From a virus (lineage: Duplodnaviria > Caudoviricetes), in IMG/VR virus record IMGVR_UViG_3300047667_000954, positions 1 through 55,900 of that record: 55,900 bases of DNA; one strand, written 5' to 3'. The translations under genes and the position numbers were made by a program. Positions within the stretch are counted from its first letter, which is position 1. Each line of letters opens with the position of its first letter. Below the pieces are notes generated by a model. The model had not been told where the DNA came from, made no database searches, and worked only from the letters and a program-made list of their open reading frames with translations. Of this stretch, positions 18,338 through 26,889 are shown piece by piece.

Positions 18338-19428
18338 CTAGAAATTATACATTTACATCAGAAAGCGCAGGCATCGGACACCCAGACAAGGTTGCTGATC
18401 AAATTTCAGATGCATTAGTTGATGCAGCACTTAAACGTGGTAATCAAACTACACGATGTGGAATTGAAACGCTTGTTACTACAAATATGGTTACACTTGC
18501 AGGCGAAGTTAAAAACTTCAATCTTACACCATCAGAAGTTGAACAAATTGTACGCGATACAGTACAGAGTGTGGGATACCCAGCTACTGGTAATTTTGAA
18601 TGGGACAAGCTACAGGTCTTTAACTATATCCATGCACAATCAGCAGATATTGCATTAGGGACAGATGACCTGGGCGCTGGTGACCAGGGAATTATGTTTG
18701 GATATGCAAGCAATGGCAACGCTGATTATATGCCTGCACCGGTTTACTATGCACACATGCTGCTTAAAAAGCTCAATACTATGAGGCAACATGGTGATGA
18801 ATTCCTATTCCCAGACGCTAAAAGTCAGATATCAGTTGAATATGAAAACGACACAGTCAGGCGCATTAGTGCGATTGTAGTCAGCCACCAACACGCCGCA
18901 GGGGCACTACAATCTGTCTACCAAGCTGTTAAACATGCTGCTCATGAAATTTTTGGACATCTGATTGATGATGGCACAGTGTGGCATATTAACCCAACAG
19001 GTAACTTTGAAATCGGAGGACCTGACGGCGACGCTGGTCTAACAGGCCGTAAAATCATTATAGATACTTATGGTGGGTGGGCCCCACATGGTGGCGGCGC
19101 ATTTAGTGGAAAAGACCCTACCAAAGTTGACCGCAGTGCGTCGTATGCTGCTCGGTGGGTAGCTAAAAATGTAGTTGCTGATGACATGGCTGATTGGTGC
19201 CAGGTACAACTATCATACGCTATTGGGATAAAAGAGCCAATAAGTATATATGTAGACAGCAATGGCCATAATAAATCAATTGAGCGGTTCATCCGTGATA
19301 ATATTGATCTTACTCCCAAGGGTATTATTGATCGATTTGATTTATTTAATTTTACTGATTACAGTAAAAATTGTGTCTTTGGCCATTTTGGTGACAAAGA
19401 CGTCCCTTGGGAAAAGTTAGGATGGTAA
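18334..19428 (+). CDS. metK: S-adenosylmethionine synthetase
   Basis: FTSES..GHPDK, GAGDQG, PDAKSQ, GLTGRKII.DTYGG, GGGAFSGKDPTKVDRS. Confidence 0.95.
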   Translation: MTRNYTFTSESAGIGHPDKVADQISDALVDAALKRGNQTTRCGIETLVTTNMVTLAGEVKNFNLTPSEVEQIVRDTVQSVGYPATGNFEWDKLQVFNYIHAQSADIALGTDDLGAGDQGIMFGYASNGNADYMPAPVYYAHMLLKKLNTMRQHGDEFLFPDAKSQISVEYENDTVRRISAIVVSHQHAAGALQSVYQAVKHAAHEIFGHLIDDGTVWHINPTGNFEIGGPDGDAGLTGRKIIIDTYGGWAPHGGGAFSGKDPTKVDRSASYAARWVAKNVVADDMADWCQVQLSYAIGIKEPISIYVDSNGHNKSIERFIRDNIDLTPKGIIDRFDLFNFTDYSKNCVFGHFGDKDVPWEKLGW

Positions 19429-19775
19429 TGTTTAAGAAATTATTTGGTATTGACAAATTAGAAGAGCGGCTTGCAGTATTTGAAGCAGAAAAGACTGCAC
19501 TAGAAGCAGAAAAGACTGCACTAGAAGAACAACTTGCGCAAAAAGAAAAGACACCAAAAGAAATCGCCAATGAGGCAGGTGAACCGTTTGTTCATGTGGT
19601 TAAGACCACATTTGAAGATAAGGACAAGCCCGGCACTGGATATTTTGAATTGGACTGGAATGAGCTTTTTGTAAAGAATTTAATTACTGCTGGCTACAGT
19701 GGTCGCACTGACGACGAAGTTGTAGACATGTGGTTTAACGACCTATGCAGAGGCATTATTGGTGATAAGATTTGA
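19428..19775 (+). CDS. conserved large-phage hypothetical protein
   Basis: TAATG overlap; GYFELDWN..FV, VDMWF..LC. Confidence 0.65.
   Translation: MFKKLFGIDKLEERLAVFEAEKTALEAEKTALEEQLAQKEKTPKEIANEAGEPFVHVVKTTFEDKDKPGTGYFELDWNELFVKNLITAGYSGRTDDEVVDMWFNDLCRGIIGDKI
19482..19527 (+). repeat. 21-bp in-frame tandem duplication (EAEKTAL x2)
   Basis: gaagcagaaaagactgcacta twice plus gaag. Confidence 0.85.
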
Positions 19776-19800
19776 CATTCATCGACAATGTAGCTATAAT
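19772..19800 (+). promoter_or_regulatory. consensus sigma70 promoter
   Basis: TTGACA-17-TATAAT. Confidence 0.85.
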
Positions 19801-19824
19801 TAAACTATCAAAGGAAACTATTTT

Positions 19825-20823
19825 ATGACCTATATCCTGGTGGACGCCGCCAACATGTTTTTCCGTGCACGGCACGTGGTGCGGGGCGACACAGAAACTA
19901 AAGTCGCCATGGCGATGCATATCATCTTTGCAAGCATTAACAAATGCTGGCGTGACCTAAATGGTAGCCACGTTGTTGTTTGCTTTGAAGGACGATCCTG
20001 GCGCAAAGATGTATATGCACCATATAAGGCGCAGCGCAGAGAAAAAACAGCAAAAATGTCGCCAGCAGACGTTGAAGAAGATCGTGCCTTTTTTGCTGCA
20101 TTTGATACCTTTCGTGAATTCTTACATGAAAAGACAAATGTAACAGTATTACAGGCGGCTGGCTGCGAAGCTGATGACTTTATCGCCAGATGGATCCAAA
20201 CACATCCAGATGATAAGCATGTTATTGTATCAACAGATAGTGACTTTTACCAACTAATTGGCGAAAATGTCAAGCAATACAATGGTGTAGACAACAAACT
20301 CATATCAATTGATTCAATCGTGAACGACCGAGGCAAGGCAATAATTGACAAAAAGTCAGGCGAGCCAAAGCAAATTGGCGATCCAGAATGGTTGCTATTT
20401 GAAAAATGTATCCGTGGTGACGTAAGCGACAATATCTTTTCGGCATACCCTGGTGCCCTCACCAAAGGATCAAAGAACAGAATTGGTATGCTTGACGCAT
20501 TTTCGGACAGAAAAGGCATGGGCTTTAACTGGAACAACTTTATGTTACATCGGTGGACAGATATTGACGGTAACGAAAATGTTGTGCGTGACGTATATCT
20601 CCGCAATAAAACATTGATTGATTTAACTGCGCAGCCTTTTGAAATCAAAGAGGTACTTGATGCGTCGATTGTTGATGCAGCACAGGCAGAACGCAAAGGG
20701 AATGTGGGTATCCACTTTATGCGGTTCTGCGGTGCAAACAATCTAATACGCATGAGCGACCAATGTGATGCACATGCCCGTTATTTAGGAGCAAGTTATG
20801 CCCAAAAAGCTACGAGCAGTTGA
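19825..20823 (+). CDS. rnh: T4 RNase H-like 5'-3' exonuclease / flap endonuclease
   Basis: LVDAAN, SWRK..Y.PYKAQR, EADD, STDSDFYQL, GDVSDNI. Confidence 0.88.
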   Translation: MTYILVDAANMFFRARHVVRGDTETKVAMAMHIIFASINKCWRDLNGSHVVVCFEGRSWRKDVYAPYKAQRREKTAKMSPADVEEDRAFFAAFDTFREFLHEKTNVTVLQAAGCEADDFIARWIQTHPDDKHVIVSTDSDFYQLIGENVKQYNGVDNKLISIDSIVNDRGKAIIDKKSGEPKQIGDPEWLLFEKCIRGDVSDNIFSAYPGALTKGSKNRIGMLDAFSDRKGMGFNWNNFMLHRWTDIDGNENVVRDVYLRNKTLIDLTAQPFEIKEVLDASIVDAAQAERKGNVGIHFMRFCGANNLIRMSDQCDAHARYLGASYAQKATSS

Positions 20824-21271
20824 AGTAATAACTGATAAACTTTGGATTACATATGATAACAAAGGTAATAAATCAGGAACACTATCAGGGAACTCAAACT
20901 CATTCACTTGGCTAAAAGTTGACGGCAGTAAGGTGGATCTTACCAGCAGTGAATCATTGCTGGTCTTTGAATTTGAGCATAAAAATACACTTAGTAGTTG
21001 GCATCAAGAATATGTATTTGGTTACCCTGTATTACAAACTGCCACATTCAATGCACAAGAAAAAGATAATTTACCGTGCTTTACCAAGACGGAAACCAGC
21101 ACTATATTATTTGCTGCTGGATACTATGGTATCAATTTTGATAATGGTGGTTGGCTTGATGCATGTTGCCCTAAGTTTACAACGTTATGTAAATATGAGT
21201 ATATGGGACCGTTTAAGACTGAAGTTGATGTGCAAATTGCCATCAAAAGAAAAGTACGAACCGACACATAA
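20798..21271 (+). CDS. conserved hypothetical protein
   Basis: 157 aa; LPCFTKT, AAGYY, CPK, YMGPFKT. Confidence 0.65.
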   Translation: MPKKLRAVEVITDKLWITYDNKGNKSGTLSGNSNSFTWLKVDGSKVDLTSSESLLVFEFEHKNTLSSWHQEYVFGYPVLQTATFNAQEKDNLPCFTKTETSTILFAAGYYGINFDNGGWLDACCPKFTTLCKYEYMGPFKTEVDVQIAIKRKVRTDT

Positions 21272-21327
21272 ACCTATTTTCTTCATTTTTAGCTAAATAA
21301 TTATAGTTAGACTTAATGGAGAATAAT

Positions 21328-21654
21328 ATGGCCAGGCCCAAGCCCACAGTACTTTTAGAATACACAGATCAAAATTTCCGCAGCGAGCAGGTATTGGATG
21401 CAGATGCAATTTGGGCAGTGTTTTTGGACGACAAACCAATAAATCTTAAGAGCTCCAATAGTTTGGTTGATGCTCCAGGAGCAAAATATAAAAAGACCAG
21501 CTTTAGTAACAGCGGCCATGCATTTAACTTAGCTGACCGTTTAAATAAAAAGTTTAAAACGACAAAATTTACAGTGGTGAAACTTACAAATGGTGAACGA
21601 ATTCAAGAAAAAGTTGACGTCAGAGATTACAGTTTGGCTCCAAAACGAACTTAA
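21328..21654 (+). CDS. conserved hypothetical protein (basic, possibly DNA-binding)
   Basis: GGAG SD before MARPKPTVLLE; KYKKTSFSNSGHA; TAAATA late-like motif at 21294-21299. Confidence 0.7.
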   Translation: MARPKPTVLLEYTDQNFRSEQVLDADAIWAVFLDDKPINLKSSNSLVDAPGAKYKKTSFSNSGHAFNLADRLNKKFKTTKFTVVKLTNGERIQEKVDVRDYSLAPKRT

Positions 21655-21961
21655 CAGTACCAATGATAGCTTAATTAAAGATGCACTGGGCGGCATCAGC
21701 TACAAGGCAACTGATTATTTCTACCATGCTGACAGTCTACGACTACGATCAGCAGGGTATCGTCTACTCAAGACATATTTTGACTGTGAAGAGTTTAAAC
21801 ACAGTAGGTACTTTTATACTGGTGAAATACTAACACTCAGCACCCACATGAACGCACCATTTTTTATCTCAGAAAATGCAATTGTATTATTCAGCCAAGA
21901 AAATATTATAATGTGTAAAATGGCAGGTAGCGTGGCACTTTGGCTTGATATCTTTCCTTGA
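21590..21961 (+). CDS. hypothetical protein
   Basis: 123-aa ORF; SLRLRSAGY; near the C-terminus IIMCKMAG. Confidence 0.6.
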   Translation: MVNEFKKKLTSEITVWLQNELNSTNDSLIKDALGGISYKATDYFYHADSLRLRSAGYRLLKTYFDCEEFKHSRYFYTGEILTLSTHMNAPFFISENAIVLFSQENIIMCKMAGSVALWLDIFP

Positions 21962-22037
21962 CCAGGGCGGTAATATAGTATATCTTGTACTAAATAGTAT
22001 CACATGTCATTAAGACAGTATTAGCAGGAGAAGCAGG

Positions 22038-22214
22038 ATGCGCACTGAAACAACTTTTGAAACATTTGCAAAAGGACTAATTCCACTTAAATTACTACCT
22101 GATCCTGTAACATTGCGGTTGGCCCGCATTTGGTATACCCAATTTGCTGGCACACATGCAGTAACAATGGATGACCGTGAATTAGTTGAGATCTACCAAA
22201 AACTACACTACTAA
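22038..22214 (+). CDS. small hypothetical protein (58 aa, absent from the ORF track)
   Basis: AGGAG SD; MRTETTFETF...EIYQKLHY; followed by a hairpin. Confidence 0.6.
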   Translation: MRTETTFETFAKGLIPLKLLPDPVTLRLARIWYTQFAGTHAVTMDDRELVEIYQKLHY

Positions 22215-22229
22215 AAATAATAAGAAAGT

Positions 22230-22256
22230 AAATATCGCCTATAATAGGCGATATTT
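22230..22256 (+). terminator. stem-loop terminator directly upstream of a promoter
   Basis: AAATATCGCCTA-TAA-TAGGCGATATTT (12-bp stem) then TCTT. Confidence 0.7.
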
Positions 22257-22258
22257 TC

Positions 22259-22287
22259 TTGACATACGATTATGCCTTTGCTACAGT
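22259..22287 (+). promoter_or_regulatory. sigma70-type early promoter
   Basis: TTGACA-17-TACAGT with TG extension. Confidence 0.7.
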
Positions 22288-22314
22288 TATCACAAAGTAT
22301 TGATGGAGAATATA

Positions 22315-22539
22315 ATGGTATCGCCTAATATTATGAGCGACCCTGGGCATCGTGCAGTTGGCTCACTGTCTAGCAATTGGCTAGGGCATTGTTTGTCGTG
22401 CTCAGAAAAAGCGACGCACGTCGGCGTTATGAACGGAATAATCTCTGATTGTTTTTGCAAGTGTTGTGTAACCTTATGGAAATTTAATCCAGTAAAATGG
22501 CATGTAAAATTGATGCAACATCTAAAGGAGACAAAATAA
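22315..22539 (+). CDS. small Cys-rich hypothetical protein
   Basis: GGAG SD before ATG 22315; CxxC and CxxC. Confidence 0.55.
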   Translation: MVSPNIMSDPGHRAVGSLSSNWLGHCLSCSEKATHVGVMNGIISDCFCKCCVTLWKFNPVKWHVKLMQHLKETK

Positions 22540-22790
22540 TGATCGTATCTGCCGCATTAAAAATGGACAACGGTGCAGTTATCTCTTTGCCAGCACCTGC
22601 TCGGCATGGTGACGTCATTGCTGCTCTTTCACGCCTGGGTATGTGTGGTGCAGTTGCATTAGATGCAGAACAAGGATTCTTAACTTCAGGCGGAACCTTT
22701 GCGGATCGCCGTCTTGCGCATCGTATAGCGTTCAAGGCAGGGCAAGTTGCAATTATGGAAGGCGAGCTTTATAGTGAGGATTTGTGGTGA
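22539..22790 (+). CDS. conserved phage hypothetical protein
   Basis: AGGAG SD; RHGD, EQGFLTSGGTFADR, LYSEDLW. Confidence 0.75.
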   Translation: MIVSAALKMDNGAVISLPAPARHGDVIAALSRLGMCGAVALDAEQGFLTSGGTFADRRLAHRIAFKAGQVAIMEGELYSEDLW

Positions 22791-22810
22791 TTAATTTAAA
22801 GGAAAGCCAA

Positions 22811-22927
22811 ATGAAGTTGGATAAATGTAGCTACGCGAGTAAGTACAGGGCTATTTACAGGCCCACATGTGGATGTAATTTTTGCGCTGACATGTGGACC
22901 AAGGCAAATACGGAGGAGGCTGAATAG
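22811..22927 (+). CDS. small Cys-rich peptide (38 aa)
   Basis: AAGGA SD; KYRAIYRPTCGCNFCADMW; TAG abuts next ATG. Confidence 0.5.
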   Translation: MKLDKCSYASKYRAIYRPTCGCNFCADMWTKANTEEAE

Positions 22928-23239
22928 ATGTTAAAAGCAAAGAAAATTGACTTTGTTTGGACGCACGACGAACACAGCCCAAACCCAACTTGTTGGCGTA
23001 CAATTGGCAACGGGTATTCGGCTTATGTTTTGATCCCATACGATCAAGGCAATGACCCCCAGACTGAGCAAGGCACTTGGAACGGCGTTGCTCAAAACAG
23101 AGGCCAGACGGAATTTAGGTCAAAGGACGATGCAACAGCCTACTGCGAAAAAACGATTCGAGACTTTGCACAAGTTGCCGTTAATAGCGCCTCAAACTTC
23201 TTGGACATTGACGCATTAAAGGAGGGCAAAGGTGAGTAA
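22928..23239 (+). CDS. hypothetical protein
   Basis: GGAGG SD; 103 aa. Confidence 0.65.
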   Translation: MLKAKKIDFVWTHDEHSPNPTCWRTIGNGYSAYVLIPYDQGNDPQTEQGTWNGVAQNRGQTEFRSKDDATAYCEKTIRDFAQVAVNSASNFLDIDALKEGKGE

Positions 23240-23423
23240 AATTACAACCGACCAATATTTTCGGATCAAAGAATTGACCCTGCATCCAGATCGTAAGTTT
23301 ACGCCAGAAGACATTGAGTTACTGCCGGGTTTACACGACTGTCCAGAATGGGACGGACCCATATTTTCTGGAATGTCAGAGTGGGAATCCTGCGGGTGTG
23401 CAATTAAAGCAAAGGAGCTATAA
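23232..23423 (+). CDS. hypothetical protein
   Basis: GTG start with GGAGG SD; HDCPEWDG...EWESCGC. Confidence 0.6.
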   Translation: MSKITTDQYFRIKELTLHPDRKFTPEDIELLPGLHDCPEWDGPIFSGMSEWESCGCAIKAKEL

Positions 23424-23425
23424 GC

Positions 23426-23539
23426 ATGAAGATATATCCAGACACCCCGCTTAAAAAGCAGGTTCGAGATTACAGCCAGACCCAATCGGCGGTTAGTGTA
23501 ATCGTCGCAGCTTTCGTTGCAGCAAAGGGGGTCGAGTAG
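23426..23539 (+). CDS. small hypothetical protein (37 aa)
   Basis: AAGGAG SD; TAG abuts next ATG. Confidence 0.45.
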   Translation: MKIYPDTPLKKQVRDYSQTQSAVSVIVAAFVAAKGVE

Positions 23540-23713
23540 ATGAGTAACGGTATTTCCATTGCGATTGAAATTTCTGGTCCGTTTGTGTTTTTTCCAAGGG
23601 TCGGCCGCACTGGGCCAATTCTTAAATTGCAATGGGCGTGGTTCGGTGTCTACCTGATTAATTATGGGTTCATACGGATGCTTAATAAAATTGCAGCAAA
23701 GGAGGACAAATAG
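23540..23713 (+). CDS. small hypothetical protein (57 aa)
   Basis: MSNGISIAIE...KEDK; TAG abuts ATG 23714; carries the next gene's GGAGG SD. Confidence 0.5.
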   Translation: MSNGISIAIEISGPFVFFPRVGRTGPILKLQWAWFGVYLINYGFIRMLNKIAAKEDK

Positions 23714-24256
23714 ATGCTTGATCATTGGGAAATAGATAAGGTTAGATTTATCATGGCTAAACACTTGGGCATTTCTGCCGATTTAGTGCATTGGGCACTA
23801 AATCAGGCCATGCGCGAAATGCCGGATCGACCTGCACCCAGGTTAAAAATAGTTTCTGAGAATGTACTGCCTCTTAAGGCCATTGACCCAAACACTACCA
23901 CACAGGAAGCCATTGTAGCTGCACAAACAGGCGATACGATTTCTTTTTCTTCATTGGTCGAAAGGGATGCTGCGGTTGAAAGGGATGCTGACTTGAATAC
24001 TAAAATATCATTGGACGGCACCTCTTGGGGTGATATAGAATGGAAAGACTCTGCCATTGAAGAACCACATGATTTACAGGTTTGTGTTGGTTGGGATGAT
24101 GATACCCAGTCTGTAGTGTTTGTGCAGTGGTTGGCAGGACCCCAGGGCTTTTTTGACGCGAATGTTACTTGGCAAGATACCGTAACGCATTGGAAGCCAT
24201 TGACTTTTCAAACCAACATGGCAGTCTCCAAACAGCACCCAGATAACAATGGATAA
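23714..24256 (+). CDS. hypothetical protein with C-terminal DUF551-like domain
   Basis: EWKDSAIEEP...VTHWKPL pattern. Confidence 0.55.
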   Translation: MLDHWEIDKVRFIMAKHLGISADLVHWALNQAMREMPDRPAPRLKIVSENVLPLKAIDPNTTTQEAIVAAQTGDTISFSSLVERDAAVERDADLNTKISLDGTSWGDIEWKDSAIEEPHDLQVCVGWDDDTQSVVFVQWLAGPQGFFDANVTWQDTVTHWKPLTFQTNMAVSKQHPDNNG

Positions 24257-24467
24257 TATATGCAAAGTTTGTGGTGGTGTTGCGCCTGTATGCCATAACA
24301 TATGTGTATCTTGTCTTACACAAGAACTCAATGCAATGACTTATGATGATATTTCCGTTGTGTTAACCACAATGGCTGCGGCGATGGAACCACTAGGGGC
24401 AGAGTTTGAGAAGGTGTGGGACGACAATGTTGACATTCTTTATAAAAACAATAAGGAAGACAAATAG
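24249..24467 (+). CDS. hypothetical protein
   Basis: 72 aa; CxxC x2; EPLGAEFEKVWDDN. Confidence 0.55.
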   Translation: MDNICKVCGGVAPVCHNICVSCLTQELNAMTYDDISVVLTTMAAAMEPLGAEFEKVWDDNVDILYKNNKEDK

Positions 24468-24478
24468 TCGTAATTGGG

Positions 24479-24528
24479 TTGACAACCAATGCGCTTTACC
24501 GTACAACGTATGAGTAAGCAAAAAGGAA
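24479..24528 (+). repeat. 50-bp direct repeat, copy 1 (promoter plus SD)
   Basis: TTGACA-17-TACAAC...AAAAAGGAA, identical to 24779-24828. Confidence 0.9.
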
Positions 24529-24599
24529 TACCCAAGTGGCTACTATACCTAGCACAGTTTCAGAGTTCAACGCCGACAGTTGGTACTTGGACACAGATA

Positions 24600-24782
24600 A
24601 TGTTTGATATTCGTGTAATGGAGGGCGACCAGATAATCGGCCATATGACACCTGATGAATTTCGGCGTAGCACCAAGCCCAGCTCACATGAATTCCTAAG
24701 CGATACTGTCGCGAAATTTAACTCTGCTCGAAAAGACCAGGGTGACCCAACACATGTGAAAATTGTGTTTAAAAAAGCTTGA
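24600..24782 (+). CDS. hypothetical protein (60 aa) between the two promoter repeats
   Basis: MFDIRVMEGD...; the longer start at 24489 lies inside the promoter repeat; a 23-codon GTG ORF (24536-24607) precedes it. Confidence 0.55.
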   Translation: MFDIRVMEGDQIIGHMTPDEFRRSTKPSSHEFLSDTVAKFNSARKDQGDPTHVKIVFKKA

Positions 24783-24828
24783 CAACCAATGCGCTTTACC
24801 GTACAACGTATGAGTAAGCAAAAAGGAA
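24779..24828 (+). repeat. 50-bp direct repeat, copy 2 (promoter plus SD)
   Basis: Identical to 24479-24528, exactly 300 bp downstream. Confidence 0.9.
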
Positions 24829-24834
24829 CACGAT

Positions 24835-25122
24835 ATGACAAGCATTGCAAAAATTATCCAAACGCAAATCAAGCAACTTGATCCAATGTCTTTTTGGGCA
24901 TGGGGAACAACGGAATTGGTTGCGATGCCTGACGGCCTAAAGTTTAAAACTACAGGCGCAGTAAAGTGGAAGGGCTATGTGTATATCAAGTACGACGCAG
25001 GGCAAGACCTTTACAATCTTGATTTCTTCAAAATCCGCAAAATGGAAGTTGTATATACCGAACAGCTTGAGGGTGTTTTTGTTGAAGACTTGGTACGTTT
25101 GATTGACGAGGTAGTAGGCTAA
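24835..25122 (+). CDS. conserved phage hypothetical protein
   Basis: AAGGA SD; IAKII..QI, WKGYVYIKYD.G.DLYN, GVFVEDLV. Confidence 0.75.
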   Translation: MTSIAKIIQTQIKQLDPMSFWAWGTTELVAMPDGLKFKTTGAVKWKGYVYIKYDAGQDLYNLDFFKIRKMEVVYTEQLEGVFVEDLVRLIDEVVG

Positions 25123-25400
25123 TGGCAAGTTTCCCCATTGCACTAGATAGTGACCAAATTGCGCAACTGCAATTTAAGGAGAATGAAATGATCTTTGATA
25201 TTGAAGTGGTGATCCCCAAGCCATATGCCCAGCGCATCTATGGCATTACCTGCGATATTATCATCCTGGACGAACTAGGTGATTTCAATCTGTTCAAGCA
25301 GGTAACACCTGACTGGAAACAAACTACATTTGTTTCTGGGCCGCCCACGCCACCTGATGCTGCAAAGCGCGCAAAACTTCGTGCTAAGAGAAAGAAATAG
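25122..25400 (+). CDS. hypothetical protein with basic tail
   Basis: TAATG overlap; IILDE; KRAKLRAKRKK. Confidence 0.55.
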   Translation: MASFPIALDSDQIAQLQFKENEMIFDIEVVIPKPYAQRIYGITCDIIILDELGDFNLFKQVTPDWKQTTFVSGPPTPPDAAKRAKLRAKRKK

Positions 25401-25453
25401 GGGCGCATAACGTTACCCTACGCGATAGCATAAAGTTATGATGAGGCTGCAAT

Positions 25454-26077
25454 ATGGATAATCCAAAAATCGATGCATCAGGCAACAAGAGATGGTGGTC
25501 AAATGGCCATCTGCACAGAACAGATGGCCCTGCTATTGAACATGCAGATGGTGGGACGGAATGGCGGCTTGATGGCAATTTACATAGAACAGATGGGCCT
25601 GCTGTTGAATGGCCAAGTGGTACCAAGGAATGGTTTGTAAATAGTGTGCGACATAGAACAGATGGTCCTGCAACTGAACATGCAGATGGCACTAAGTCTT
25701 GGTTTCAAAATGGGGCACGCCACAGAACAGATGGCCCGGCTGTTGAACATGCAGATGGTGGGACGGAATGGCGGCTAAATGGCAATTTACATAGAACAGA
25801 TGGCCCTGCAATTGAATTTACAAATGGTTCGTATTTTTGGTACTTAGATAATAATCGCCATAGAACAGATGGACCTGCATGTATACATGCAGATGGTACG
25901 AAGTTTTGGTACGTGAATGGTCGGCGGCATAGAACAGATGGTCCTGCAACTGAATATCCAGATGGTAGGAAGTCTTGGTTTTTACATTCCAAAAAATATA
26001 CATTTGATGAATGGCTTGAAGTAAATACATACTTGACAGATGGCGAAAAAGTTATGATGAAGTTAACACATGGATAA
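25454..26077 (+). CDS. HRTDGPA-repeat protein 1 (7 units)
   Basis: 207 aa = 46+7x23; ends MKLTHG. Confidence 0.85.
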   Translation: MDNPKIDASGNKRWWSNGHLHRTDGPAIEHADGGTEWRLDGNLHRTDGPAVEWPSGTKEWFVNSVRHRTDGPATEHADGTKSWFQNGARHRTDGPAVEHADGGTEWRLNGNLHRTDGPAIEFTNGSYFWYLDNNRHRTDGPACIHADGTKFWYVNGRRHRTDGPATEYPDGRKSWFLHSKKYTFDEWLEVNTYLTDGEKVMMKLTHG

Positions 26078-26555
26078 TCCAAGAATCAATAAAGCTGGCG
26101 ACAGGCATTGGTATTTAAATGCCAAACTGCACAGAACTGACGGACCTGCAGTTGAACATGTAAATGGTACCAAAGAATGGTGGCTATATGGTGGAATGCA
26201 TAGAACAGATGGCCCTGCTATTATAGATAGAAATGGTACCAAGGGATGGTACTTTAATAACAATCTGCACAGAACAGATGGGCCTGCTGTTGAATATGCA
26301 GATGGTACTAAGTCTTGGTTTCAAAATGGGCGCCGCCACAGAACAGATGGGCCAGCTATTGAATTTGCATCAGGTGACAAGGAGTGGATTATAAATGGGC
26401 AACGTCACAGAACAGATGGTGCTGCTATTGAATATGCAGATGGTCATAAGAAGTGGTATTTAAATAATCAGGAGTATACATTTGATCAATGGCTTGAAGT
26501 AAATACATACTTGACATATGAGCAAAAAGTTATTATGAAGTTGCAATATGGATAA
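26070..26555 (+). CDS. HRTDGPA-repeat protein 2 (5 units)
   Basis: 161 aa; 8-nt ATGGATAA overlap; ends MKLQYG. Confidence 0.85.
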   Translation: MDNPRINKAGDRHWYLNAKLHRTDGPAVEHVNGTKEWWLYGGMHRTDGPAIIDRNGTKGWYFNNNLHRTDGPAVEYADGTKSWFQNGRRHRTDGPAIEFASGDKEWIINGQRHRTDGAAIEYADGHKKWYLNNQEYTFDQWLEVNTYLTYEQKVIMKLQYG

Positions 26556-26889
26556 TCCAGAAATTGATCGCACAGGCACTAAGACTTGGTTTGGAAAATC
26601 TCACCTCATAACAAATGGTGCTGTTAAATACACAGATGGTACCAATACTTGGTGGTTAAATGGAGATCTGCATAAAACGGATGGGCCTGCTATTGATCGG
26701 GAAAATGGTCATAAGGAATGGTGGGTGCATGGCAAGCTGCATAGATCAGATGGTCCTGCTGTTGAATATGCAGATGGTCGCAAGAGTTGGTACTTTAATA
26801 ACCATATCTATACATTTGATCAATGGCTTAAAGAAAATACATACTTGACACATGAAGAAAAAGTTATTATGAAGCTGCAATATGGGTAA
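26548..26889 (+). CDS. HRTDGPA-repeat protein 3 (3 units, first degenerate)
   Basis: 113 aa; ends MKLQYG. Confidence 0.85.
   Translation: MDNPEIDRTGTKTWFGKSHLITNGAVKYTDGTNTWWLNGDLHKTDGPAIDRENGHKEWWVHGKLHRSDGPAVEYADGRKSWYFNNHIYTFDQWLKENTYLTHEEKVIMKLQYG

Noticed and set aside
19482-19527. 21-bp duplication as a functional repeat system
   Set aside because: Simple in-frame heptad duplication in a coiled coil
24489-24599. 97-aa ORF start at 24489
   Set aside because: The ATG lies within the promoter spacer of the 50-bp repeat, upstream of the predicted transcription start
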